Of a DNA stretch of 64,000 bases, positions 30,013-37,555 are shown in pieces. The notes under the pieces were generated by a model. It was not told the DNA's origin. It made no database searches and saw nothing but the letters and a program-made list of their open reading frames with translations. This DNA is from Thermoplasmata archaeon. Its GTDB lineage: Archaea; Thermoplasmatota; Thermoplasmata; Lutacidiplasmatales; UBA184. Position numbers and translations under genes: made by a program. The stretch is from positions 13,252-77,251 of the forward strand of contig JAGWLG010000013.1 of assembly GCA_028864975.1 (NCBI GenBank), read 5' to 3'. Each line of letters begins with the position of its first letter. The stretch's first letter is position 1.

Positions 30013-30471
30013 TCAGGCCCGGAGCGCGAGCACGAACACGAAGATGGCCAGGAGGGTCACGACAGCCATCGCGATGAGGTACGGGAGCCACCCCGGGCGG
30101 TTCCCGAAGACGACGGGGACGGGCCCGATGAGGAGGAACCCTCCGTAGGAGACCCGCGGGGTGCGCGTGTTGCCGCCGCTCGCCGGGGCGGAGCGGACCG
30201 GACCTGTCGAGGCGGTGGTGGAGCGCGAGGAGCCCGCGTCTTCGTCGTCCTCTTCAGTAGCCCGTGCCGCCGCGGAGAAGAAGAGCGCGAAGAACCCCGC
30301 AATGAGCAGCACGATCCCGAGAGCGAGGAGCGGAGAGGAGCCTGCGACGAAGGGAAAGATGAGGAAGACCCCCGCCGTCGCCCCCCCGTGTACGATGGCC
30401 TCGGCGATGAGGCCGACCGCCGCGCCGAAGCAGAGGAGCGCAAGGAGGAAGGGCAGCCAACCTGCTCGCAT
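30013..30471 (-). CDS. DUF131 (TIGR00304-like) archaeal membrane protein
   Basis: GGFLLIGPVPVVFG motif and flanking TM helices. Confidence 0.88.
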   Translation of the reverse strand: MRAGWLPFLLALLCFGAAVGLIAEAIVHGGATAGVFLIFPFVAGSSPLLALGIVLLIAGFFALFFSAAARATEEDDEDAGSSRSTTASTGPVRSAPASGGNTRTPRVSYGGFLLIGPVPVVFGNRPGWLPYLIAMAVVTLLAIFVFVLALRA

Positions 30472-30498
30472 GCCTCGCTCCCCTTGCCGATGGTCCCT

Positions 30499-31554
30499 TC
30501 AGTGGAACGTGTCGAAGCGGTAGGGGGTGAGGGGCCTCTCTCCGATCGCGGAGAGGAACTCGGGGGCCGTGAGCATCGGTCGGTCGTACGACTCTGCGTC
30601 GTCGAGCGCGATCCGCGGGCAGGCGGTGCACACATAGGCGTCGAGGTCCCGACCCATGAGGTCGCGGGGGTCCAGACGGTCGAACAGAAGGATCTCTGCG
30701 CTCCGTCCCTTGGCGCGGGCCTTCTCGACAAGGCTTAAGGCCATCCCTCGCCGGTCCTGGCCCCCGAAGCTGCTCGCCAGCACGCCCCACCGCTTCGCGT
30801 CCATCGCCCGTGCGATGGTCATGAGGCGTTTGGCGACCATCCTATCACGATCGAGGGGAGGGGAGATCTCGACCTGGAGCGGGTCCAGCGCCCACACGGG
30901 GCGGTCCACCGCAAAGGCCAACCCCAGGGGATGGAAGAGCCCGGTCCCGAGGAAGAGCACCCCTTCGGACTTCTCCGCGATCGATTCGGCCGTCGTGTAG
31001 TTGCACCCGAGGGCCTGCCCGGGATAGGCCAGGCGTCGGTCCCCTTCTCCCACGTAGGTCTCGAAGGAACGTCGAGAGAGGGCGTCGCGGAACCTCGGCA
31101 GAATGTCCAGGTGCTGGACCGAGGAGACGATCCCGAGGTGTTTCGGAAGTCCGGCCTTCTCGACCGCCTCGGCCATCCGCTCCACGTCGCCCTCGCTCGT
31201 CCTCATCTCGACGAAGTACGTGGGGAGCGCGAGCGGCATGTTCGGGATCGGGGCGTGGCCGAGGGTGACGATCGCCTCCGCCCCGGGGGCTTCCCGAGGT
31301 GAGGGCGGGTCGCAGGCGCCGAAGCAAGCGCGGGCCACGTGGACCACACGCGCCCCTGTCGCCTCTCGGATCTCCTCCCCCAGCTTCGCGAAGTCGCGGG
31401 TGAGTCCCGCCGGGACCTGGAGCACGATCTTGCGGTAGGCGGAGGCCCGGAGGTCGCGGAAGAGCTCGGGGCCTACTCGAGCGTAGACCCGGGCCCCCGG
31501 GGCCGCTCCACGCGCCGGTCCGGGGCCCAGGGGGACGACAGGAGAGGCGCGCAC
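30499..31554 (-). CDS. dph2: diphthamide biosynthesis radical-SAM enzyme Dph2
   Basis: LQVPAGL, CFGACD, HAPIP, SVQH, GQALGCN, GTGLFHP, TACPRIALDD (three Fe-S Cys); GTG 31554 chosen within ORF 30499..31776. Confidence 0.95.
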   Translation of the reverse strand: MRASPVVPLGPGPARGAAPGARVYARVGPELFRDLRASAYRKIVLQVPAGLTRDFAKLGEEIREATGARVVHVARACFGACDPPSPREAPGAEAIVTLGHAPIPNMPLALPTYFVEMRTSEGDVERMAEAVEKAGLPKHLGIVSSVQHLDILPRFRDALSRRSFETYVGEGDRRLAYPGQALGCNYTTAESIAEKSEGVLFLGTGLFHPLGLAFAVDRPVWALDPLQVEISPPLDRDRMVAKRLMTIARAMDAKRWGVLASSFGGQDRRGMALSLVEKARAKGRSAEILLFDRLDPRDLMGRDLDAYVCTACPRIALDDAESYDRPMLTAPEFLSAIGERPLTPYRFDTFH

Positions 31555-31634
31555 CCCTTCCGACAACGGACCCTCCTCTGAGAGACGCAGTGAGAGGCCC
31601 TTGAGCCTTCGCAGGGGATCGCCCTGGGTTCGCC

Positions 31635-32054
31635 TCAGGGGACGGAGGGCGCCAAAGAGGCGAGCCGTCGGTCGAAGGTGGCGAGGCGATCTATCCGCAG
31701 CTCCCGCATCGAAGCCAGGAGCGCGGCGTCGGTGAAGCTGAGCCGCTGATCGCGGTACTTGCGGAAGACCCCCCACGCAGGCCGCATCAACGAGGTCCCG
31801 AGGGAGGCGATCGAGAGCCCCCGGAGCTCCGGAGTGGGCAACGGGAGGAGCCGGGCCGCAGCCTCTTCGAGGGCGGGGGGGTCCCTTCGGCTGCGGATCA
31901 AGGTGAAGAGCTCGTGGACCACGTGGTCCAGCACGAGGGGAGCCCCGAACTCTCGTCGACCGACACGGTCCAGGAGCGCGGTGGCCCGTTCGTGGGCCTC
32001 ATCATCATGGTTGAGCGCCCCGTAGAGCACCCCGGTGTCGAGGAGGACGCTCAT
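31635..32054 (-). CDS. vapC: VapC PIN-domain toxin
   Basis: VLLDTGVLYG, HE, SFTDA, ATFDRR; ATGA overlap with the antitoxin; ATG 32054 chosen within ORF 31635..32216. Confidence 0.9.
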   Translation of the reverse strand: MSVLLDTGVLYGALNHDDEAHERATALLDRVGRREFGAPLVLDHVVHELFTLIRSRRDPPALEEAAARLLPLPTPELRGLSIASLGTSLMRPAWGVFRKYRDQRLSFTDAALLASMRELRIDRLATFDRRLASLAPSVP

Positions 32055-32326
32055 CGGAAGGTCTTGGCGATGTCGCGGTCGATATCCTCCTCGCGCGAGC
32101 GTTTCCCGGTACGCACGCATAGGCGGTGGAGCCTCTCGAGCTCCCTCTGGGTCATAGGGCGGAACGCGTCGGGTCCCAGGCGGTCCCGTTCGGCCTCGGC
32201 CAGGTCCATGACCCACGAGAGCAGGAGCTGCTGCGGGATCCTCTCGCCATACTTGGCCATGAGCTCCCCCTGGAGCCGGTCCAAGCGGTGCTTGTCGGCT
32301 TCCAGCATTTTCACGGACGTGGTCAT
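32051..32326 (-). CDS. vapB: VapB-type antitoxin (RHH-like N-terminus)
   Basis: TTSVKMLEADKHRLDRLQ...; C-terminal REEDIDR; coupled to vapC. Confidence 0.8.
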   Translation of the reverse strand: MTTSVKMLEADKHRLDRLQGELMAKYGERIPQQLLLSWVMDLAEAERDRLGPDAFRPMTQRELERLHRLCVRTGKRSREEDIDRDIAKTFR

Positions 32327-32333
32327 CGTCGGA

Positions 32334-32366
32334 GTAGAAGTTTCTACAAAATATAAAGCTCTACAA
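32334..32366 (-). promoter_or_regulatory. vapBC TATA box with operator
   Basis: GTAGAA-GT-TTCTAC palindrome (32334-32347); TCTACAA repeated at 32343 and 32360, flanking minus-strand TTTATAT. Confidence 0.7.
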
Positions 32367-32370
32367 GCGG

Positions 32371-32418
32371 GGTTCTGTCCCAGATTCGGGCCGTGGGCCG
32401 GTCAGGCACTCGCCCGTC
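32371..32418 (+). repeat. left terminal inverted repeat (48 bp, imperfect)
   Basis: 37/48 identity to the reverse complement of 33719-33766; outer 26 bp 24/26; CGGGCGAG submotif at the same offset in both ends. Confidence 0.9.
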
Positions 32419-32500
32419 CCGCGTCGGGGCGCCACCTCACCTAGCATGCGATCTCGTGGTCCCCTCCACCTTTATCCGTCGCCCACCACGTAGTTTTCCC

Positions 32501-33739
32501 GTGCCCCCCGTCGTCCTTTCCCTGACCTTCCCTGTGGCCGACCTGCCGCCCCCGGTCCGCTCGGTCATGGCCGAGTTCCGATTGATGGTCAATCGCGGCA
32601 TCCGCTTCGCCCTCGAGGAGAACAAGACCGCCCGGGGGTCCATCCCTCCCTCCTTCCGACAGACGCTCATGCGGGAGCATCGGGTGAACTCGACCCATGT
32701 CGCCGCCGCGCTCGAGGTCGCCCTCACCTGCGCCAAGGGGCACCGACGCCTCCTGCGGAAGGGGAGGGCGGGGCACGTCCCCTACTGCCGACGCCCCTTT
32801 CTGAAGACCTCCAAGTCGAGCTTTCACATCGACCCGGACACCGGGAAGGTTCGCTTATCGCTCCGGAACGGGGAGTGGGTCTCCTTCTTCGTACCCGTCT
32901 CCCAGCATGCACGGCGGACCCTCCTTGACCCGAAGGTCCGCTTGAAGGCGCTCACCCTCACCGAACGGAAGCTCTCCCTCGCCTACGAGGTCGACGCTCC
33001 GGAGCCCTATGTCCCCGAGGCCGCCATCGCTCTCGACACCAATGAGCGCTCGCTCGACGGGGTGCTCGCGACCCCCTCGAGCTGTGAGCCTGTCGTCGTC
33101 CCCTTCCCCGAGGTCAAGAGGGTCCAGCAGACCCACTTCGAGCGCCGACGGAGACTGGGGAGGAAGAAGGCTCACGACCGCAGGGTGAAGCGGCGACTGC
33201 TCGGCCGCGAGGGAAAGCGAGAGCATGACCGGGTGAACTCCCGCCTGCACATGCTGACGAACACCCTGGTCGCCACGGCCCGCGAGAATCGGGCCGTCCT
33301 GGTCCTGGAGGACCTGAAGCCCCCCCAGGGGGGAGGTCGCGGACGCCGGCAGCGTCGTGGGCTCTCCTCCTGGCCGCAGGGGGAGCTGCACCGACAGATC
33401 CGCTACAAGAGCGCCCTGCACGGGGTGCCCCTCATCACCGTGAACCCTCGATACACGAGCAAGACCTGCCCGAGATGTGGCGTGAGAGCCGAAAGGGTGG
33501 GCAAGGTGTTCGACTGCGCGGGCTGCGGGTGGTCCTTGGACCGCCAGCGGAACGCGGGGATCAACATCTACGCAACGGCTCGGCGGGAGACCGCCGAACT
33601 TGGAGGTCTACGGTTCGACCTCGACGCCCTGGCCAAGGATGTGGTGATCCCCCTCTACCCCGCGGGCAGCGCCGCGAGGGCACGGGAGGAGCGGACGGTC
33701 AGGGAGCCCAAGGGGACGGTCGGGCGAGGGACATCCTGA
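32501..33739 (+). CDS. tnpB: TnpB-family RNA-guided protein, RuvC-III D-to-Q variant
   Basis: RuvC-I ALDTNE, RuvC-II VLEDL, zinc finger CPRCG..CAGCG, RuvC-III LDRQRNAGINI; GTG 32501 lies 26 nt after TTTAT (32471-32475). Confidence 0.9.
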   Translation: MPPVVLSLTFPVADLPPPVRSVMAEFRLMVNRGIRFALEENKTARGSIPPSFRQTLMREHRVNSTHVAAALEVALTCAKGHRRLLRKGRAGHVPYCRRPFLKTSKSSFHIDPDTGKVRLSLRNGEWVSFFVPVSQHARRTLLDPKVRLKALTLTERKLSLAYEVDAPEPYVPEAAIALDTNERSLDGVLATPSSCEPVVVPFPEVKRVQQTHFERRRRLGRKKAHDRRVKRRLLGREGKREHDRVNSRLHMLTNTLVATARENRAVLVLEDLKPPQGGGRGRRQRRGLSSWPQGELHRQIRYKSALHGVPLITVNPRYTSKTCPRCGVRAERVGKVFDCAGCGWSLDRQRNAGINIYATARRETAELGGLRFDLDALAKDVVIPLYPAGSAARAREERTVREPKGTVGRGTS

Positions 33740-33766
33740 GCCGCGGCCCGAATCGGGGACAGAACC
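33636..33766 (+). ncRNA. candidate omegaRNA scaffold overlapping the tnpB 3' end
   Basis: AGGATGT (33636-33642) can pair with ACATCCT (33731-33737), enclosing a GC-rich region; position matches TnpB omegaRNAs; boundaries inferred. Confidence 0.45.
33719..33766 (-). repeat. right terminal inverted repeat (48 bp, imperfect)
   Basis: Partner of 32371-32418. Confidence 0.9.
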
Positions 33767-34144
33767 CTCGGAAAAAGTGGCAATCAGCTCCCTACCGGCG
33801 AGGCTCCGCTCCGGTACGATGAAGACGTCGAGCTGAGGTTTGGCCCGGCTACGAAGTGCCTCCAACTCCTTCCTCCTCGCCCTATAGAGGGCGGGAGGGA
33901 CCACGACGAGAATGTCGATGTCGTGAGGAGCGGGCTCCGATGTCACGAAGCTCCCGTTGATAAGGACAGATCCGGAGATGGCCCTGCGCTCGAGGTCCGC
34001 CAAAAGACGACGGAGCTCCCGAAGCAACTCACGACGACGTCGAGTCTGTCCGAACCGCGCCTCCAGCTCGTGGTAGGTGCAGGGCCAGACCCCGAAGGGC
34101 AGCTTCCCATCGTTGTCAAGAAGTGGAATGGTCATCGCCCGCCC

Positions 34145-34804
34145 TCACAGGGTCGAGGACGGGCGGGAGACGCGCGTCGCCGTGAGGCCCCACGACTCCA
34201 GCTCCTCGAACGTCCGCCGCACGGCGGCCTCCAGCAGCCCCCACTGACGCGCGGTGGCAGGAAGCTGCTGCGCGTGGTACGCCCTCCAGGCGACCCGAGC
34301 CACGTACTTGGAGTTCGCCTTTCCCGCGTCCGTGTAGAGGCGCCGACCGAGGTGATCGGGGTCACCTCGCGCGAGGTCGCGGAAGTGGTCGCGCGCTTCC
34401 CGCCAGGCGTACCCGCCTGGCGGCGCGGCCCGCAGGGCCTTCATCCGGTTCTCGGTGCGATCTTCCGAGGGGAGCGCGCGGATCCCCGGGGTCGCGCGCA
34501 GCTCCCGCGTGACGAACTTCGGGTCCGTCATTGCGGCGTCTCCATGACGGGGTGCTCGTAGCTCACGGCGGCATGAAGGGTGCGGACACATAGCTCGCAC
34601 ACGCGCGCGAGTCGCTTCGGGGGGGGAGCGAGGGCCCGCCTTGCGCGTCTTGCCTTCATGCGGGAGGGAGGACGCGCCCCGACCTCGCCGGGGTGCGTAA
34701 GCTACGTAGACCCCCCCGAACCTGGTCCCTTTCGGGAAGCGCTCGCCGCAGTTGCGGCATGTTCGGCAACCGTCGGTGATGTGGACGTAGAATCGGCGGG
34801 CCAT
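34145..34804 (-). CDS. hypothetical protein with Cys clusters (CRTCRNC, CPHPSC)
   Basis: GAGGT Shine-Dalgarno-like sequence before ATG 34804; ends 9 nt before the next start. Confidence 0.55.
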   Translation of the reverse strand: MARRFYVHITDGCRTCRNCGERFPKGTRFGGVYVAYAPRRGRGASSLPHEGKTRKAGPRSPPEATRARVRAMCPHPSCRRELRAPRHGDAAMTDPKFVTRELRATPGIRALPSEDRTENRMKALRAAPPGGYAWREARDHFRDLARGDPDHLGRRLYTDAGKANSKYVARVAWRAYHAQQLPATARQWGLLEAAVRRTFEELESWGLTATRVSRPSSTL

Positions 34805-34847
34805 GGACCTCGTTCCTCGGAAAGGAGGAACGAGTTGGGTGGGGGGC

Positions 34848-35231
34848 TCAGTCGCGCGCTTCTTGGAGGACGAACTGGTGTCGCCTCTCACGCAGGATCA
34901 GGTCGTAGTGCTCGAAGAAAGGCCTCCGCCCGAGGAGCGCGACCGGGGTGTCCCGTCCTTTCTCGGTAACCAGGATCGGGTCCAGGGGGAAGGAAAGCAG
35001 GACCTTCCCCTCGAGGTCCGGGCTGAGGACGTGAAGGTGGACCCTGGAGGCGCGCGCGGGGACAGGGCCCCCGACCGCGGCACGCTCTTGCGTCCTGTCC
35101 CCCTTCTCGAGCCCAAGGACCTCCGCGACCTCCGACGGGACGGCAGAGAAGGTCGAACCCGTGTCGATGACCATCCGGGTCTCCAGATGGGAGCGGCCCC
35201 AGGAGAGACGGACCTTCAGGGAGGGGGCCAT
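34848..35231 (-). CDS. retropepsin-like aspartyl protease
   Basis: VIDTGSTFSAVPSEVAEVLGL and LLGRRPFF; start uncertain, since an FPY motif lies upstream of ATG 35231 within ORF 34848..35555. Confidence 0.85.
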   Translation of the reverse strand: MAPSLKVRLSWGRSHLETRMVIDTGSTFSAVPSEVAEVLGLEKGDRTQERAAVGGPVPARASRVHLHVLSPDLEGKVLLSFPLDPILVTEKGRDTPVALLGRRPFFEHYDLILRERRHQFVLQEARD

Positions 35232-35323
35232 CTCCTTCCGGGCCCCGTACACTACCGGCTGGTAGGGGAAGGCCCGGGAGCGGCTCCGCCCCGCGCGAGA
35301 GGAAGAGGGCGTTCGCGGCCCCC

Positions 35324-35560
35324 CTACAGCAGGAGGGAGTCCTGCTCCAAGACGTGGAACATCATGGGTTCGTGGCCAGGGGAAGCCCTGCGACCCTCCT
35401 CCAGCACCCGGCGCAGCTCCTTGCCTGCTGCGACCACCTTCCGGTTGACGATGGCCACCCACTCGCCACGGTGGCGGCGCATCACCGCGTCCGGTGGCAT
35501 GTCTGCCCCAGGTGGGGCCGAAGGTCCTCGTCCGGGCATGGGCTTGCTCGTCCATCTCAT
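35324..35560 (-). CDS. DUF5678-like small protein
   Basis: HRGEWVAIVNRKVVAAGKELRRVLEE; GGAGG before ATG 35560; usual partner of retropepsin-like proteases. Confidence 0.8.
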   Translation of the reverse strand: MRWTSKPMPGRGPSAPPGADMPPDAVMRRHRGEWVAIVNRKVVAAGKELRRVLEEGRRASPGHEPMMFHVLEQDSLLL

Positions 35561-35669
35561 CGTCCCTCCGCCATTACCCCTTTCGTCATCCGAGCATCCC
35601 CGTCCCCGAGGTCTCCTCACGAGACGGGAAATCTCGGGCCCGACCCCACAGCTCACGCGGGGGCCCGGG

Positions 35670-36032
35670 CTACGGAAGGCCCAACAGGGCCCGAAGCAGG
35701 TCGTCGACCATGCCCATCACAGGGCATGTCCCGAGCTGGCGGAGGATACGGTCCTCCGGGACCGTCGCGAGGTTGTCTAGCGCGAGGACGGAGTCCGTAC
35801 GAAGTCCCATGGAACGTCCCTCGGGGCTCTCGACGTGGAACAGGGGCCTCGTCGGCCCTGTGGTCTCGATCGCGGAGGTGATCGCCGCGACCAGGACGTC
35901 GGGGTAAGGTCCCCTCACCGAGGGGTCCTGGACGAGGAGCGCGGGTCTTGGCTTCCAGGAGCGAAAGTCGATGTTCGGGAACTCGACGAGGGAGACCCCG
36001 CCCCTCTCAAGGCGCGGCGTCATTGTAGACAT
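35670..36032 (-). CDS. mazF: MazF/PemK-family endoribonuclease toxin
   Basis: RGGVSLVEFP....KPRPALLVQ, VLVAAITS, GLRTDS.L.LDNLATV. Confidence 0.9.
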   Translation of the reverse strand: MSTMTPRLERGGVSLVEFPNIDFRSWKPRPALLVQDPSVRGPYPDVLVAAITSAIETTGPTRPLFHVESPEGRSMGLRTDSVLALDNLATVPEDRILRQLGTCPVMGMVDDLLRALLGLP

Positions 36033-36222
36033 CCATCCGGGGGTCGTCCCATTCCCGAGCGAAGGAAGCGAGACGGGCGCGCAGCGCCTTCGCCTCGGAG
36101 GGGGTCATCCCGACCTCGGAGAGCGGTCGCCCCTTGGCGGGGTGCCGATCTTCTGGGGGCTCGTGGGTTTGGGAGGCGGATGCCTTGGATGCCACGAGGG
36201 CAAAAGGGCCCGGGCGGCCCAT
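36007..36222 (-). CDS. putative acidic-tail antitoxin of the MazF-like toxin
   Basis: C-terminal FAREWDDPRMDVYN motif; overlaps the toxin start; ATG 36222 chosen within ORF 36007..36423. Confidence 0.65.
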   Translation of the reverse strand: MGRPGPFALVASKASASQTHEPPEDRHPAKGRPLSEVGMTPSEAKALRARLASFAREWDDPRMDVYNDAAP

Positions 36223-36271
36223 AACGGTTTCCCCGGCCACTCGGTCTGACGAACGCGAAGGGCGGGGCTCG

Positions 36272-36667
36272 TCAGAGAAGGCGGACGTTACGTCCCTCTT
36301 CGCGCAGGACCTCCCTCTCGGCGATCCGTGCGAGCTTGAACGATACGCTTCGACCGGCGCCCCGACGGCGGCGGGCCCCCCTCGCGAAGAACCCCGCCAA
36401 GACGCAGATGTCCGCGGGAACACATAGGTGGGTTCCGGCCCTGGCGACTCCTTCGTTCGTCACCTGATGGCGTGGGAACGCCTCGCTAAGACTTCGCCTG
36501 AGCCACCGTGCCTCCGGCCCCGTCAGGTTCAGCTTGACAAGATGGTCGCTTTCGGCCAGCATCTCCTTGTAGGTCATCTCGAGATAGGACTTCTGAGGCA
36601 TCGAGAGCACCATGGCTTCCGAGGGGACATCTGTTTCGGTCCTCCTCGGAGGTGAAAGGTGACCCAA
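36272..36667 (-). CDS. hypothetical protein (start uncertain)
   Basis: 131-aa ORF heading the minus-strand cluster; no motif recognised. Confidence 0.4.
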   Translation of the reverse strand: MGHLSPPRRTETDVPSEAMVLSMPQKSYLEMTYKEMLAESDHLVKLNLTGPEARWLRRSLSEAFPRHQVTNEGVARAGTHLCVPADICVLAGFFARGARRRRGAGRSVSFKLARIAEREVLREEGRNVRLL

Positions 36668-36676
36668 GCGGCGCCG

Positions 36677-36784
36677 CTACAGGTCGCCCTCCTGGCGTTC
36701 CTCCGCGAGGCGCCACGTCCGGACCCCCCGCCCGCCGAGCACGGCCACCAGGAGGACGGCCGCGGTCAGTCCGAGGTCGATCAT
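36677..36784 (-). CDS. 35-aa single-TM small protein (MIDLGLTAAVLLVAVLGGRGVRTWRLAEERQEGDL)
   Basis: GAGGGG Shine-Dalgarno-like sequence before the ATG; hydrophobic helix then charged tail; below the ORF-track cutoff. Confidence 0.45.
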   Translation of the reverse strand: MIDLGLTAAVLLVAVLGGRGVRTWRLAEERQEGDL

Positions 36785-36982
36785 CGTCCCCTCAACGGGC
36801 GACCAAGTTCGTCGTGGGGAGGAAGCTGGGGCAGCAGGGGCGAGTGGGAGTGAGGAGCGCCGACCCTCGCGCCAGGAGTGTGGCCACGGCCCGCGCGACA
36901 GCCGGCCGCGCGTGGCGGGAAGGGGGAGAGAGCGACCCTACAGGGAGGTCGGGGGCCCCGGCGGCCCTGGCCGAGGGGTCGG

Positions 36983-37555
36983 CTACGGATTCTGCCAAGG
37001 CTCGAGGAGCGGTTCGTCTACGCTGCCGTGCACGTCGACGGAGTTGCTCGATGCCCCGCTGGCACAAAAGTTCGTGATCGTTCCGTCCGCGGTGAACGAC
37101 CAGGAGCCGCTCGATCCCGCCCTATCGTAGTTCAACTGGCCACCGTACGATGAGACAGTAAAGTTGACGGTCGAACCATCGGAGGTCGACCAATCGAACG
37201 AGACGGGTGCGCCATGGGGGTAGTTCGTGACGTAACAAGTGCTGAACGCCGTGCTTCCCGAGATCGGTACACTGAACGAGAAGGGAGTGTTGACCGGGAC
37301 GATTGCGGCGAAGACGAAGGCCCCGACCGCGACTGCCACTACCACAACGGCGCCCAAGTGAATCTTGCGTCCCGAAGGCCTACCTGTCCCGACTCCGGTG
37401 AAGGGCTTCTCACTCTGAGGTTCCACGATTCCATCGCCCCCGCCCTGCTCGCGGGCCTCGTTCGCTCTCGGACCGAGGCTCGCGCCGCACGCACTGCACG
37501 ATGGCGCATCGCCAAAGTTCGCGTTGCCGCAGGCAGGGCAGATGTGTACGCTCAC
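36983..37555 (-). CDS. zinc-ribbon, single-TM protein with extracellular beta domain
   Basis: CPACG...CSACG, then TM and GOLD-like strands; GTGA overlap with the upstream gene. Confidence 0.8.
   Translation of the reverse strand: MSVHICPACGNANFGDAPSCSACGASLGPRANEAREQGGGDGIVEPQSEKPFTGVGTGRPSGRKIHLGAVVVVAVAVGAFVFAAIVPVNTPFSFSVPISGSTAFSTCYVTNYPHGAPVSFDWSTSDGSTVNFTVSSYGGQLNYDRAGSSGSWSFTADGTITNFCASGASSNSVDVHGSVDEPLLEPWQNP

Larger units (their letters stand above)
32371..33766 (+). mobile_element. non-autonomous tnpB-only element bounded by IS6-like terminal inverted repeats
   Basis: Left end GGTTCTGTCCCAGATTCGGGCCG; right end reverse complement GGTTCTGTCCCCGATTCGGGCCG; no transposase inside; right end interrupts a nucleotidyltransferase gene. 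Confidence 0.8.
33608..34135 (-). pseudogene. DUF6932-like nucleotidyltransferase, C-terminally truncated by the TIR element
   Basis: LPFGVWPCT..ELEARFG, LINGSFVT..PAPHDIDILV; after ..IATFSE the frame runs into the TIR (GGT TCT GTC CCC GAT TCG = GSVPDS). Confidence 0.8.
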
